This document shows, in pieces, positions 38,676 through 50,250 of a stretch of 64,000 nt of DNA (positions within the stretch are counted from its first letter, which is position 1; every line of letters begins with the position of its first letter). The stretch is from positions 96,001-160,000 of the forward strand of contig JAVRCJ020000012.1 of the NCBI GenBank assembly GCA_034530875.2, given 5' to 3'. The position numbers and the translations under genes were made by a program. Below the pieces are notes generated by a model. It did no database searches, was not told where the DNA came from, and saw nothing but the letters and a program-made list of their open reading frames with translations. Source of the stretch: Nostoc sp. DedSLP01. GTDB lineage: Bacteria; Cyanobacteriota; Cyanobacteriia; Cyanobacteriales; Nostocaceae.

Positions 38676-39130
38676 AGAGTTTTTCCAGGTGTTTGATAAC
38701 AATGTGCTGCTGAATTTAAATATTAATTAAAATTTTGTCGGTAAATAACTGCTCTCTATCTTCATTTTAGCAAATCAGGCAGAAGTGAAAATTTAAAATG
38801 CAAGATACAGAAAAATAGTCAAAAACTTCTTCATTATTGTTATGAGATAGATTATAATAACCTATCTATTTGTTTATTAAAAAACAACCATCATCAGGGT
38901 GATATTTCCTAAACTTAGTAGACTGAAAAGTTCTGCAATCGCTGTACGATGGATACATACTCATCTCGCTATTGTCTAAAAATCGTATTATTTGATACCT
39001 TATTTGAGGAATCTCGTCAAAAAATTCGGCGCTGTATAATTGCGGCCCTTGATTTGTGGATAAAATACCACAGTTAGGCGTTGATATCCTGCAATAGATA
39101 ACTTTTACCTCATGACTGGAGAGCAAAATC

Positions 39131-39769
39131 TTGGGAATAGAACTACGCAGCTTCGTGTTTCTCGACAGCTTGCAACCTCAACATGCAGCATATATGGGAA
39201 CAGTAGCCCAAGGTTTCCTACCGTTACCAGGAGATACATCGCTGTGGATTGAAATCTCACCTGGCATCGAAATTAATAAAATTACTGATGTCGCCTTGAA
39301 AGCAGCTTCTGTACGTCCGGGAGTACAAGTAGTCGAACGCTTGTATGGTCTATTAGAAGTGCATTCTGCTTCCCAAGGCGAAACCAGAGCTGCTGGTCAA
39401 GCGATTTTGGCAACACTAGGAGTCCGAAGAGAGGAATGTCTCAAACCGCGTGTTGTTTCTAGCCAAATTATCCGTAACATCGATGCTTACCAAACACAAC
39501 TGATTAATCGCACGCGCCGGGGACAGCTTTTATTAGCAGGGCAAACGCTATATGTATTAGAAGTAGAGCCTGCTGCTTACGCGGCTTTAGCTGCCAATGA
39601 AGCAGAAAAATCCGCAGCGATTAACATTCTGGAAGTACAAGCTGTAGGCAGTTTTGGACGGCTTTACTTAGGTGGCGAAGAACGAGATATTCTAGCAGGT
39701 GCGGCCGGAGCGTTAACGGCTATTGAAAGCGTACCTGGTCGAAATCCTCACACTGGACGTCAGGAATAA
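39131..39769 (+). CDS. ccmP: Carboxysome shell protein, tandem BMC domain (BMC-T)
   Basis: [37 protein letters not shown] and [10 protein letters not shown] motifs. Confidence 0.9.
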   Translation: MGIELRSFVFLDSLQPQHAAYMGTVAQGFLPLPGDTSLWIEISPGIEINKITDVALKAASVRPGVQVVERLYGLLEVHSASQGETRAAGQAILATLGVRREECLKPRVVSSQIIRNIDAYQTQLINRTRRGQLLLAGQTLYVLEVEPAAYAALAANEAEKSAAINILEVQAVGSFGRLYLGGEERDILAGAAGALTAIESVPGRNPHTGRQE

Positions 39770-39779
39770 AGGAGAGAAA

Positions 39780-40586
39780 ATGGCAAATCGAGAGCATCTG
39801 GTTTTGCTCAAAACAGGTGCAGTTACATGGACTGAGTGGAGAAAGCAAAATCCCCAAATTCAACCAGACCTTAGCGCTGCAAATCTGGAAGGCGATAACC
39901 TCAGAGGTGCACAACTCCAGGGGACAAATTTGAGCAAGGTAGATTTAGCTAATGCTTTACTTGTGCGGGCAAACCTCAGCGGTGCCGAACTCAGTGGTGC
40001 AAACCTCCACAAAGCCTTGTTGATTGAAGCTAATCTCAGTGGTGCAAATCTCAGCATTGCTAACTTGAGTGATGCCATACTCTCACAAGCAGATTTGAGC
40101 GATGCTAATTTGATTGGTGCTGACTTGAGTCAGACAAATCTTAGAGATGCTACGATCGCTAATGCTAATCTCATTGGTACTGACTTAAAGAGCGCCAACT
40201 TGAGAGATGCAGATTTAAATGGAGCCAAACTGATCCGCGCTAACCTCTGTTTTGCTAACCTCATTGAAGCTAACTTGATTGGCGCTGATTTGAGCGAGAG
40301 CAGCTTATACGATGCGGAAATGTTGGGAGCATATCTTTACAAAACTGACTTTTATAAAGCTAATTTGACCAAGGCTCACTTGAGTGGTGCATATCTGTTA
40401 TATGCAAACTTGAATGAAGCTGATTTGAGCCAAGCTGATTTGAGTTGGACTAACCTAAGACGAGCGAATTTAGCAGGGGCTAATCTGAGAAAAGCCAACC
40501 TCAGAGGAGCTGACCTCAGAGGAGCCAATCTCAGCGGCGTCAATTTTCAAGAAGCAATTATGCCAGATTCTTCAAAGCACGATTAG
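39780..40586 (+). CDS. Pentapeptide repeat protein
   Basis: MANREHL..L..G...W..WR start and A(D/N)Lxx repeats; SD AAGGAG supports ATG 39780. Confidence 0.95.
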   Translation: MANREHLVLLKTGAVTWTEWRKQNPQIQPDLSAANLEGDNLRGAQLQGTNLSKVDLANALLVRANLSGAELSGANLHKALLIEANLSGANLSIANLSDAILSQADLSDANLIGADLSQTNLRDATIANANLIGTDLKSANLRDADLNGAKLIRANLCFANLIEANLIGADLSESSLYDAEMLGAYLYKTDFYKANLTKAHLSGAYLLYANLNEADLSQADLSWTNLRRANLAGANLRKANLRGADLRGANLSGVNFQEAIMPDSSKHD

Positions 40587-41288
40587 TCAATAAAATACAG
40601 CACAATTCAGTATTATTTAACTCCAACAGTCTTTATATTAAAGACTTTTATTTAATTGTCTAAAAAACTTGCTTTCAATTTAAAATCCCTGATATTTTAC
40701 TTTATGCAGACGCGAGTAATTGCGTCTCTAATAACGTAAATTTAAGTTGAAAAATAAAATCGGATTGCTATAACTGGCTTTAAAATTAGAGTTTGTATTT
40801 AATCGCTAGCCAAAAATGTAGTGTAAATTATACTCGAAACTTTTGGGTGCGATCGCCGATTTAGAGTCTAGAATTATTGATTTTTATATTATTGACAACT
40901 ATCTAAGGAGTGAAAAATCCTCATCAAATTACAACCATTAGTTAGTTGTATAATTTAGCTAATAGCTCGAGAATATTACTTGTATCGCCCGCATACATTT
41001 TCCTTTATTGAATATTAATAAATATGATGATGCATCAAGTTAGGTCGTATTAACTCTTTTCAGCAATTATAAAGGCACGGCTACTAAAAGCCAATTAATA
41101 TACTCGATAAACGCGATTATACGCACGAGCCGATCTTGATTTTCAACACCTGTCTTTACGATCGAAATATCTCTTTTAATTATTAGTGTTCTCTGCGAGT
41201 CTGGAACACTCGGATAAAAAGTAGAATTTTTGGTAAAATTTTTGCCTTTTGCCCCGTTCAGTAAATTTTTTTCCTGGAGGATATTGTC

Positions 41289-43031
41289 ATGTCTAGTTTT
41301 TTTCCTTGGTCGTCACTAAGAGTTGCTTTGCTAGTTCTGGGAATGACAACTGCCACAGTCACTCCCATCGCGATTTCTACACCAGCTTTATCTCAAAATA
41401 CCGTTCCAGGTAGCACTCCATCTGATACTCCATCTGTAACGCCATCTCCATCTGGAACACCATCCCCATCTGCAACACCATCAGCGCCAACTTCAACAGT
41501 TAATTTGTCAGACGTTACTTCAGATTACTGGGCGCGTCCATTTATTCAAGCACTAGCTGACAATAATGTAATTACTGGCTTTCCTGATGGCAGCTTTAGA
41601 CCAAATCAATCAGTAACACGTGCTGAATTTGCTGCCTTAATTCAAAAAGCTTTCGGTAACCAAAATCGAGTCCGCCAATTAAGCCCAGGTGGATTTAGTG
41701 ATGTTCCTGCTGGCTACTGGGCAGCTGCGGCAATTCAGAACGCCTACGAAATTGGGTTCTTGTCGGGTTATCCTGGAAATGTATTTAGACCAAATCAACA
41801 AATACCTAAAGTAGAAGCGATCGTTGCTATCAGCAATGGCTTGGGTTTATCTGGTGGCGATGCAAATACTCTTAACACTTCCTATAACGACGCCTCAGCT
41901 ATCCCGAATTATGCCGTCAACAGCGTGGCAGCAGCAACCCAAGCCAATCTTGTAGTTAACTACCCAGATGTCAAACAACTAAATCCCCAACAACCTCTAA
42001 CTCGCGCTGAAGCAGCAGCAATCTTATATCAAGCTTTAGTAAAGCAGGGACGACTGCAACCCGTTGCTAGCAACCTTCCAGCTGCTCAGTATATTGTTGG
42101 TGGAGTCGGTAGTACTCAAACAGGTAACGATATTGTTTCTCTGGCTGCATCCAGTAATTCTTTTACAACTTTAACTACTTTATTAAAAACAGCCGGTTTA
42201 GCCGAGACTCTTCAACAACCAGGTCCTTATACAGTTTTTGCTCCTACAGATGAAGCATTTGCTGCTTTACCCGCTTCTACTCTAGAACAGTTGCAGCAAC
42301 CCCAGAACAGAGAAGCATTAGTTAAGATTTTGAGTTATCACGTAGTTCCTGGCGCGGTAACTGCTAGTCAACTCACCTCTGGCGAACTGAAAACTTTTGA
42401 AGAAAGACCAGTAAATATTCAAGTCGATCGCGCTAACAATCAAGTCGCAGTCAATAATGCTAGAGTCATCCAAGCGGATGTTCCAGCCAGCAACGGTGTT
42501 ATCCATGCAATCAACCAAGTTCTAATTCCGCCAGATATCAACATCAGTCAGTTAAACCAGCAACCCCAAGAAGGTGGCAATGCTAATGGTGGAACTGGTG
42601 TAGATGTGGGTAGAGCTACTCGTGGTGGCAGAAGCTATATCGGTGTTGCTGGTAACATTGGTTTAAGCGGCAACGATACAGCTTTGAGCGAAGGTAACTT
42701 TACAGTCATCAGCAAACTTGGCTTGACAAACTACCTCTCAGTACGACCATCCGTGCTGTTTGGGGACGATACAATCTTTCTAGTTCCCCTAACTTACGAT
42801 TTCACTCCACGCGCAGCAGCTAGCGTAGGCGAACGCACATTAAGTATAGCCCCTTACATAGGTGCAGGCGTAGCCATTGAAGCTAATCTGGACACTGATT
42901 TTGGATTATTGCTAACTGGTGGTGTAGACGTTCCTCTAGGTTCTCGATTCACAGTTACAGGCGCTGTCAATGCTGCTTTTATGGATTCAACTGATGTCGG
43001 ATTGCTACTAGGTGTTGGCTACAACTTCTAA
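41289..43031 (+). CDS. Secreted SLH (x3) + fasciclin (FAS1) + C-terminal outer-membrane beta-barrel protein
   Basis: Signal peptide, Pro/Ser/Thr linker, GFPDGSFRPN..TRAE SLH repeats, YTVFAPTDEAF...NGVIHAI FAS1, alternating beta strands ending GVGYNF. Confidence 0.85.
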   Translation: MSSFFPWSSLRVALLVLGMTTATVTPIAISTPALSQNTVPGSTPSDTPSVTPSPSGTPSPSATPSAPTSTVNLSDVTSDYWARPFIQALADNNVITGFPDGSFRPNQSVTRAEFAALIQKAFGNQNRVRQLSPGGFSDVPAGYWAAAAIQNAYEIGFLSGYPGNVFRPNQQIPKVEAIVAISNGLGLSGGDANTLNTSYNDASAIPNYAVNSVAAATQANLVVNYPDVKQLNPQQPLTRAEAAAILYQALVKQGRLQPVASNLPAAQYIVGGVGSTQTGNDIVSLAASSNSFTTLTTLLKTAGLAETLQQPGPYTVFAPTDEAFAALPASTLEQLQQPQNREALVKILSYHVVPGAVTASQLTSGELKTFEERPVNIQVDRANNQVAVNNARVIQADVPASNGVIHAINQVLIPPDINISQLNQQPQEGGNANGGTGVDVGRATRGGRSYIGVAGNIGLSGNDTALSEGNFTVISKLGLTNYLSVRPSVLFGDDTIFLVPLTYDFTPRAAASVGERTLSIAPYIGAGVAIEANLDTDFGLLLTGGVDVPLGSRFTVTGAVNAAFMDSTDVGLLLGVGYNF

Positions 43032-43045
43032 GTATTACTGATATG

Positions 43046-43071
43046 GGCGCCCCTAAAAGGGCGCACTTTTT
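43046..43071 (+). terminator. Probable intrinsic terminator
   Basis: GCGCCC-CTAAAA-GGGCGC followed by a T run, just after the stop codon. Confidence 0.7.
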
Positions 43072-43189
43072 GATTGTGCAAAAATTAGACAAATACATTA
43101 GACCTGCCACAAAAATCCAATTATCGAGGCAGGTCTTTTGATATTACAAACAGACTACACATTACATCAACGAAACTAAACTCCGTTGG

Positions 43190-43410
43190 TAAGTAGACGG
43201 ACATAATTCAATGTAAAATCCAAAGCAGTAAAACATTTTACTGTTGAGGGTTTTACCTTCTGGAGGCAGCGCGTTGCGGTGAGGGAATCGCAGTTTTGGC
43301 GGTTTCCGGCGATTGCGTTAGCGAGTTTTCGAGCGTCACTCCCGAACCCGAAGGGGGGTTTCCTCCGTTGTAGCGACTGCCGTCCTTTTGCCTTTTGCCT
43401 CCTGCCTTCT
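43190..43410 (-). mobile_element. MITE family C copy carrying nested small repeats
   Basis: 43190-43261 matches 7344-7415 in reverse; 43262-43383 contains palindromic small repeats related to 54402-54445. Confidence 0.6.
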
Positions 43411-43430
43411 CTTTAGAAATTGTCAAAAAA

Positions 43431-43808
43431 TTATTTTGAACAAGATTTACTGTTAGTGGGTGAATATTCAGGACAATTCTTAGCTTCTTCAGTGAGAACG
43501 AGAGAAGGTTGGACTGCACATTTGAGATAGTTATTGTTTGAATAAAATTGACAGTTTTTACAAGGAACTTTGTGTGGAGTCCTGATGGGAAAAACCATCT
43601 TGTAATCTAAAAATGACCGGATTTTTTGTATAACTATCAAAAAACCTAGCCAACCGATAATAAACCCAAGGGGCGATAAAGATACAGCTATATCGGGAAT
43701 AGTCAATTGATTGCTTGGTGCTTGCTCCTTTTTAATTTCATTCTGAATGACTGGATGTAAATTTCTATTTACTGCTACAGTTTCTGGCAGGATTTTATTT
43801 TCATACAT
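43431..43808 (-). CDS. Hypothetical membrane protein with a C-terminal Cys cluster
   Basis: One TM helix, then PCKNCQFY...LKCAVQP...NCPEY. Confidence 0.75.
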   Translation of the reverse strand: MYENKILPETVAVNRNLHPVIQNEIKKEQAPSNQLTIPDIAVSLSPLGFIIGWLGFLIVIQKIRSFLDYKMVFPIRTPHKVPCKNCQFYSNNNYLKCAVQPSLVLTEEAKNCPEYSPTNSKSCSK

Positions 43809-45257
43809 ATTATTTACCTTTCATTATTGTTTTGAATGCCTTAATTTTTTTGAAATTGTGGCTTATTAACCTTTGATGGTAGAGAGAAACCCCCGGATTT
43901 AACCGTCAAATTAATCCTGAATCCCTCTTGAAAGCCTTGATACCCGTGTCTTGTCGCAAAGCGTTTGCACTGGAAACTAGTGCTTTGACTTTTTAGCGTG
44001 CCAACTCTCTCTAAACGAGACGTTGTGCGGAAGTTGACGGTACGGATAGTGCAGCTAAAGTGTCGGGAGCAAGCGCCAGAAACTCGGCTAAAGGCTATGC
44101 AGGTGTCTATATTTAGTCAGGAAACCCGCCCAAGCAGCTAGCTGAACTTTTGTCTCCGACATGCTACGCGTAGCTTGCTTCTCCATAGGAGTACGCAAAA
44201 TCAACATCCAAAATTGTTTGGGTTATAAATTATTACTTGCAAAATCCTCCACTTTCTGGGTCTTAAAGATTTAGATATAAAAAATTAGGTAAGTAACAGT
44301 GTTGATAGATTAGACCCGTTTCGGTGTATTTTAATTAACTTAAAAATAATACACAGCTTTAAGTACATCAGATTAAACTTAAAATGCAGGATTTACAAAG
44401 TATTAATTATAGGTTTACCAAAATAATATTTCAGCCATATCTGTCAAGAGTTTTGCTTATATCTTGTAAAGATATATCTAAGGGAATAAATTATATAAGT
44501 TAATAAAAATTTTATGTTTTATGTTATTTTTTATAAAAAAATATGTTTGAGTTTGTTGGCGATCGCACTTCAATCAAAAAAAATGTAATATTAATTACTA
44601 AGCAGTTGTATACCAAGTAGAATTATACATTTGTTTAAATAATTACTTGCACAAAGAATTATATTTAAAATTCATTTGATTTGGTTAATTACCACTATCA
44701 GTTTTTGATTATCGATAAATTACCTTTGACTAGAGAAATTTGTGGGTTTAACAAAGCAGCGATCGCTATTCCTATTTTCACAATATTAAATACAATTTTG
44801 CTAACAATATTAGTTTATTTACTTTTACTTAAATTCTCCTTACTCTTAAATTATTCTTCTTTATTTTGAATGCAATTATTTTTTAATTGGCATCTTATTT
44901 ACTGGAGAGCATTCACTGAAGCTGAGGTTTTTAGAGTGCGTCTAGTGGCTCAATTGCTTTGGTAATTATGAATTCTGTTCTATGGGATATCGTAGCTAAA
45001 ATTACCTAAAATTTTAGGTAATTTTGAATATTTTAATACAAAAAGTTAAGTTTTAAGACAATCAATCAGCTAGTACATGCTTGATTTACAAATGCTCTGG
45101 ATCGTAGTAATAGACGTCTTAATGATAAAGCGAAATTTTTTTGCTCAGTAATTACGCAGATATGATATAAGACATATTATCTCCATTGATTGGAGCGTAA
45201 AAAACACTCAATCATGAGATTACAAATTACTAAATATTAATTTTGAGGCAACAATTG

Positions 45258-46106
45258 ATGATAAGGTTTTGGCGAAAAACAAGAATCTTTGTTTTCACAA
45301 CAATTGTGCTGGCAATTCTGCTAATTTCTCACAATCTAGTACCCAAAGTTGAAGCACAACCTCCGATAACAGTAGCAGCAAATAACTTGCTTGAGCCACA
45401 AGCTGCAACACCACCAGTAGATGACTCGCGTGTTGCTGTAACTTATAGATCGCTACTGAATGTAGCTTCTCCTAATAGGTCGCTCAGTGCTTCTCCTGCG
45501 GTACTACCACCATTGCCTTATAGTTATGGTGGACTAACAAAAGCGATTGATATGGAGACAATGAAATTGCATCATGACGCACACCATGCTGCTTACGTCA
45601 ACAACTTAAATGATGCATTGAAGCAATATCCATATTTACAAAGAAGAAGTGTCGAGCAATTATTATTGAATTTGGACCTGGTACCTGAAAGTATTCGGAC
45701 AAAAGTACGTAATAATGCTGGCGGTCACCTCAACCATACAATTTTTTGGCAATTGATGAGTCCCCAAGGTGGCGGACAACCAACAGGAGGACTAGCTCAA
45801 GAAATTAACAAAACTTTTGGCAGTTTCAATGCCTTTAAAAAAGAGTTTGAAGCAGCTGGTGCAGCTCGCTTCGGTAGTGGATGGGTTTGGCTAGTACGTA
45901 ACCGCCAAAATCAACTCCAGATTGTCAGTACACCCAATCAGGATAGCCCGATTATGGACGGTTCCTACCCAATTATGGGTAATGATGTCTGGGAACACGC
46001 TTATTACTTGAAATATCGCAACCGTCGTGCAGAATATTTAAGTAATTGGTGGAATGTAGTCAACTGGCCGCAGATTCACAGACGATGGCAAGATTCATTA
46101 CAATAG
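45258..46106 (+). CDS. sodA: Mn superoxide dismutase with an N-terminal signal/anchor extension
   Basis: [27 protein letters not shown] (Mn-type GG), [13 protein letters not shown] and DVWEHAYY motifs. Confidence 0.9.
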   Translation: MIRFWRKTRIFVFTTIVLAILLISHNLVPKVEAQPPITVAANNLLEPQAATPPVDDSRVAVTYRSLLNVASPNRSLSASPAVLPPLPYSYGGLTKAIDMETMKLHHDAHHAAYVNNLNDALKQYPYLQRRSVEQLLLNLDLVPESIRTKVRNNAGGHLNHTIFWQLMSPQGGGQPTGGLAQEINKTFGSFNAFKKEFEAAGAARFGSGWVWLVRNRQNQLQIVSTPNQDSPIMDGSYPIMGNDVWEHAYYLKYRNRRAEYLSNWWNVVNWPQIHRRWQDSLQ

Positions 46107-46357
46107 TCAACATAATTTTGAGCGATCGCTACTAAGGCTTAATAAGGGTAAGGTATTGCTTATAGGTGTCAACTTGCAGCAAGGAACAGGCAATAGGATT
46201 GATTTCAAGCATCACTATGTTATTGATGAAAAAATAAAATATTTGGAACCAGATGGCACAAACCACAAAGTTTCAATACGTCGTTACATAGATCCCCTCA
46301 TTTGAATTTTGGGGATTTTTTCATTGCCTATTACCTGTTCCCTTTGAATGCCAATAA

Positions 46358-47626
46358 TTACCAACTACGAAGTTTTAAAGCTCGTTTTTTGTAACGGAGT
46401 AGGCACAGTACAATAATTAGCAATACAAAGGCTTTGGTCGTGGATGGTTCCACAACTTTCTTTACTTCTGTATGGGTTTGATGAGTAACACTACAGGGAA
46501 TTTCAATAATCTGCGTGCGATCTAAACCGTTACTGTTATTGGGAGTCAAATCGCATTCTCTATTGCTGTTGAGAGACAACGGTGTAGATGTTGAAGAAGC
46601 AATAGATGATTGACTAGCAGAACTATCACCATCCAATAGTAGAAGCAAAATTAAACCAAGACCCCCGGCTGCGATTATTGGCCAGAGTGGGAAGGAATCA
46701 GAACTATCTTGTACCAAGACATCTCCCTCAGAGCCAGCAAATGTATCCAGGCTTAGTGTTTCACCTGTCAATACTGCTGGACTCTCACCCAGCAGCATAT
46801 CACCTGCCATATCTTCTCCCAAGAGCTGATTCAATTCTTGTGCAATGGCGTTATTCGGACGTCCGAATTCCCCACCGTCTTCGGAGTATGGAAAGGATAA
46901 TACTTCAAAAATCCTATTTTGGAGTTGGTTATAATCTCCAGAATTTAAGGCATTCAACCCTGTAGATATCTTATTTAAATAAAAATTCGTCATCTCTGGC
47001 GACAGACCCAGAGACTCAATCTGCTGCTTAATATTGGGAATTTTTGAGACTTCTTCAAACAGCAGCCGTCCGTATGAAAATTTTAAGTTTAGTAATCCAT
47101 TACGCAGGCTCAGAGAGTTATTAACTCCTGAGTATGGTGCCCAGTAGAACTGCTTGGTTACAAGTCCGAGTCCTTGTACTGGGTTACGGCCAAAATCTTG
47201 TCCGAGAAGGTATTGAGAACCATCCATGATTGTGGAAGATGGATTTTTCCAGAATGAGGCAAACGGCACCGCAGAGAGATTGGGATTGTTACCGTAAAAC
47301 TTGGCAAAATTCTGAAAGTTTTTCTCCCCTCCAGCTGCTCGTATCAGGAGATTCTGAGAACTAGTTCCACCGTTTAGTTCGAGTAATCGCTGGATAACCG
47401 TTCCCGTTTTATTGCAAGTCAAGCCAAATCCGACATCACATCCAGGAATTACTCGCATCTGGCTGAGATTCTGGTTATGGATTTGGTATTGGAGATACTC
47501 ATATTCGAGTCCTGGTTGAATACCATAGCGGCCGATATTTAGCTGTGCAAAAGCAGACTGACAGATAGTGAGTACTACTGCAACAGATGAAAATGCGATC
47601 GTTGCGAAGCGAACTGCATTCAGCAT
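46358..47626 (-). CDS. Secreted protein with an internal TM helix and a PEP-CTERM-like sorting signal
   Basis: Signal peptide MLNAVRF...SAFA; C-terminal VVEPST + hydrophobic helix + RYKKR. The ORF track gives a longer start at 47755. Confidence 0.7.
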   Translation of the reverse strand: MLNAVRFATIAFSSVAVVLTICQSAFAQLNIGRYGIQPGLEYEYLQYQIHNQNLSQMRVIPGCDVGFGLTCNKTGTVIQRLLELNGGTSSQNLLIRAAGGEKNFQNFAKFYGNNPNLSAVPFASFWKNPSSTIMDGSQYLLGQDFGRNPVQGLGLVTKQFYWAPYSGVNNSLSLRNGLLNLKFSYGRLLFEEVSKIPNIKQQIESLGLSPEMTNFYLNKISTGLNALNSGDYNQLQNRIFEVLSFPYSEDGGEFGRPNNAIAQELNQLLGEDMAGDMLLGESPAVLTGETLSLDTFAGSEGDVLVQDSSDSFPLWPIIAAGGLGLILLLLLDGDSSASQSSIASSTSTPLSLNSNRECDLTPNNSNGLDRTQIIEIPCSVTHQTHTEVKKVVEPSTTKAFVLLIIVLCLLRYKKRALKLRSW

Positions 47627-47751
47627 TGCACTTCTTTGAATAGTTGATTTAGGCAAGATATACCTCCACTGGGGACTGGCTGGGGATTGAGGACTGGGGT
47701 GAGGAGTTAGGAAGTTTTTTGCTGCTGTTTTGCTTGTTCTGTGTCCCGACT

Positions 47752-48393
47752 TCAACTTTGAGGTAAATCAATATTGATTGTGATTCCGGTACCTTTGAGA
47801 TTTCCTGATGAGAGTGTGTGATACAAGATCAATGCTCGATTTGGTTGGTCAAAGAGAAAGCCACGACGCGTGGGTTTAATCTTCCCTTGTTGAACTAGGG
47901 AAACGAAGGTTTCTAAATATCTACGTATACTTTGACGGTTCTCTTGATTCGGATTTATATGGCGCTCAATCACCATCATGAAGAAGTCCAAACTACGATT
48001 TTCCTGACCTTGAATTAGACTACCTCCATCTAGAAAAGAACTTGCTATCAGCCTGTTATTAACTTGTTTAACTTTAAATAGAGTAAAATAACGCCCTTCT
48101 TGTTTAGGATCGTTGGCATAACAGACCCAGGAACCTTCTTGATTCTGTGTAAAACCCTGTTCGGCAAGGTAAGAAAGCAAAGAATTATTTACCTTGGTTT
48201 GTGGTGGAGGTAATAAGTCTTCAATGGGATCTAAAGAACAAATCCTTTGGGTTATTCTCTGCTGAGGCACAGCATAAGTCTGTTGGTTATATAGGCGTAT
48301 AGGCTTGTCATCAGACAATGCAATATTAGACATTGCAGCCAACGCAGATACTTGAAAAATAAATGCTCCAAACAAACGAAAAATAGTATTCAT
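47752..48393 (-). CDS. Secreted hypothetical protein
   Basis: 213 aa ORF with an N-terminal signal peptide. Confidence 0.7.
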   Translation of the reverse strand: MNTIFRLFGAFIFQVSALAAMSNIALSDDKPIRLYNQQTYAVPQQRITQRICSLDPIEDLLPPPQTKVNNSLLSYLAEQGFTQNQEGSWVCYANDPKQEGRYFTLFKVKQVNNRLIASSFLDGGSLIQGQENRSLDFFMMVIERHINPNQENRQSIRRYLETFVSLVQQGKIKPTRRGFLFDQPNRALILYHTLSSGNLKGTGITINIDLPQS

Positions 48394-48723
48394 CTTTTAC
48401 CTGTTACTTTTGGTTGCGTTATCAAGAATCAAGTCGTTTCTAAATCAGGATTGCTATAGTAGCTTTGAATTAGTTGCTAAATTTTAAGCATTTGCCTCAT
48501 CCAGCCAAGATTAGGCTAGATTTTCACCGTAGATTTCCAGTTCATAAAGTACATACACTATCTAAGTGCGATAGTTAGGCTGAGTGCCGCAAGACACAGC
48601 TGATTCTGATGCCTTAACGCAGCTTTGTTTGCTCTGCCCTTCAAATCTGCTGTATTAAACTTATCCAACGGTTACAAAAACAACTATCGCATTTGTTTTC
48701 TGGAATCGCCATAGCATTTTGAG

Positions 48724-48785
48724 GCATTAGTCATTGGTCATTATTCATTAGTACCAATGGCTAATGACTAATAACTAATGACTAA
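48724..48785. repeat. Head-to-head STRR2-type arrays forming a hairpin
   Basis: CATTAGTCATTGGTCATTATTCATTAG ... CCAATGGCTAATGACTAATAACTAATGACTAA. Confidence 0.7.
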
Positions 48786-49629
48786 AACAACATTTTTTTG
48801 ACAAGACCAAGTTTGCTTTTCGGTATTTTTTTACATGCGAAAAACAACTGACCCATTGCCAATTTTTTATATCTAAAATCTAAATTTCTGCCATTTTAAG
48901 AAGGCATTTTGATATACCTTCTTCTTCGTAATGTTTACTAAAAAATGGCTCGATTGAAGAATTAATAGCTTATATAACTATAATTATAAAAGCTACAAGC
49001 TTTGTACAGTAAGGGTTTTACTGAGATTTTGGTAAATTAAATAATGTTTTGTTTTTTTAGAGGTAGCACACCTAACTAGCTGTTTCAGCATGTTTGCAAT
49101 TGAATGTATAAAATCATATCTCTTGACAGTAAAATGATATTACCATGAGCTTGAGATGCGCAACACTTTTGTGGACAGTTGTCAAAGTTGTACATAGTAG
49201 ATCGTTACTACCAAATTTATTAAATTTTATGGCAAATACCTGAAATAAAAAATCAATTGACTCACACGCGCTTAGTATTTTAAAATCTGGTACTATTATT
49301 ATTTATTACAGTATATAAATGTGTTAAATATTACGTTAAGTTTAGTTACGTACGGTTAATTAATATATTGCGATCGCTCGATAAGGCTAGGTATGTAAAT
49401 TTTCAGTTGCAGGCGATCTCAACAAATTTCTTTTTACTTGTTCGCTGTTCTCTATTTCCTCTGTCTAGAAGTAATTTACATATTGTTATGGCAAAATGTA
49501 TGTCGTTAAATTTACTCTATAGATAGAGGAATGCCCAAAGCAAAGCTGATAATATTATATTAAGTAAGTGGGTAACTTTTTTGCCTAAAGTTATAAGATT
49601 AACTCAGTATTGTTACCAGCTTTGGCAAT

Positions 49630-50058
49630 ATGAATGCGGAATTTTTTTACAGGATTCCTTTAATACCTTTAACATTGCTCTGGCTAGCTTATGCTTTCCT
49701 GGGATGGTATCTTGCGGCTAATCATATTATTTGGTTAGTAGGAGCTTGTGTAGTTGCCATAGTTATAGCTGTAACTCGGAGAAGTATTGCTTGGTTAGAG
49801 CGTTTAGTTGAATTTGGTTCTAAAACCTTAGTCGTCATTTTATTTTTAAGCATATCAATTGCTTTAATAGCAACTTGGTCATTATTATTTAGTCTATTTC
49901 TGATACCATTAGCAACTACTCTTTTAGCTGATTTAGAAATGCGTTTTGCTGGTTTCAACAAACTAGATTCATTTTGGGTGTTAACATTGCTTGCAGTATT
50001 TGGTTTGCTCGTGGGTGAAATAATAGATATTCTATTTTTTCCGAGTATTAGATATTAA
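49630..50058 (+). CDS. Hypothetical integral membrane protein
   Basis: 142 aa with four to five hydrophobic helices; LAYAFLGWYLAA. Confidence 0.75.
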   Translation: MNAEFFYRIPLIPLTLLWLAYAFLGWYLAANHIIWLVGACVVAIVIAVTRRSIAWLERLVEFGSKTLVVILFLSISIALIATWSLLFSLFLIPLATTLLADLEMRFAGFNKLDSFWVLTLLAVFGLLVGEIIDILFFPSIRY

Positions 50059-50250
50059 AAGAGAACTCAGAATTCCGAATTCAGTAATGCCCAAATGCGT
50101 GATTTGAAGTGATTCACTAGTGGCGTAGCAAGGCTAACGCGCCTGTAATTACTGAAGTTATATCATGTCCGGCTAATTATTTAATGATTACCGCATCTTT
50201 AGCAACATCCCAAAAGCATCTTCTCCCCTGCCCCCTGCCCCCTACCTTCT

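Noticed and set aside
39131..39769. Novel microcompartment locus
   Set aside because: A lone ccmP is normal for beta-cyanobacteria, and no other shell or signature enzyme genes are adjacent.
39723..39779. ORF-track start for the pentapeptide gene overlapping ccmP
   Set aside because: ATG 39780 has a strong SD and gives the typical N-terminus.
43253..43519. 88 aa ORF sharing YNGG.P with the kinase insert
   Set aside because: The similarity comes from the shared DNA repeat, not from a gene.
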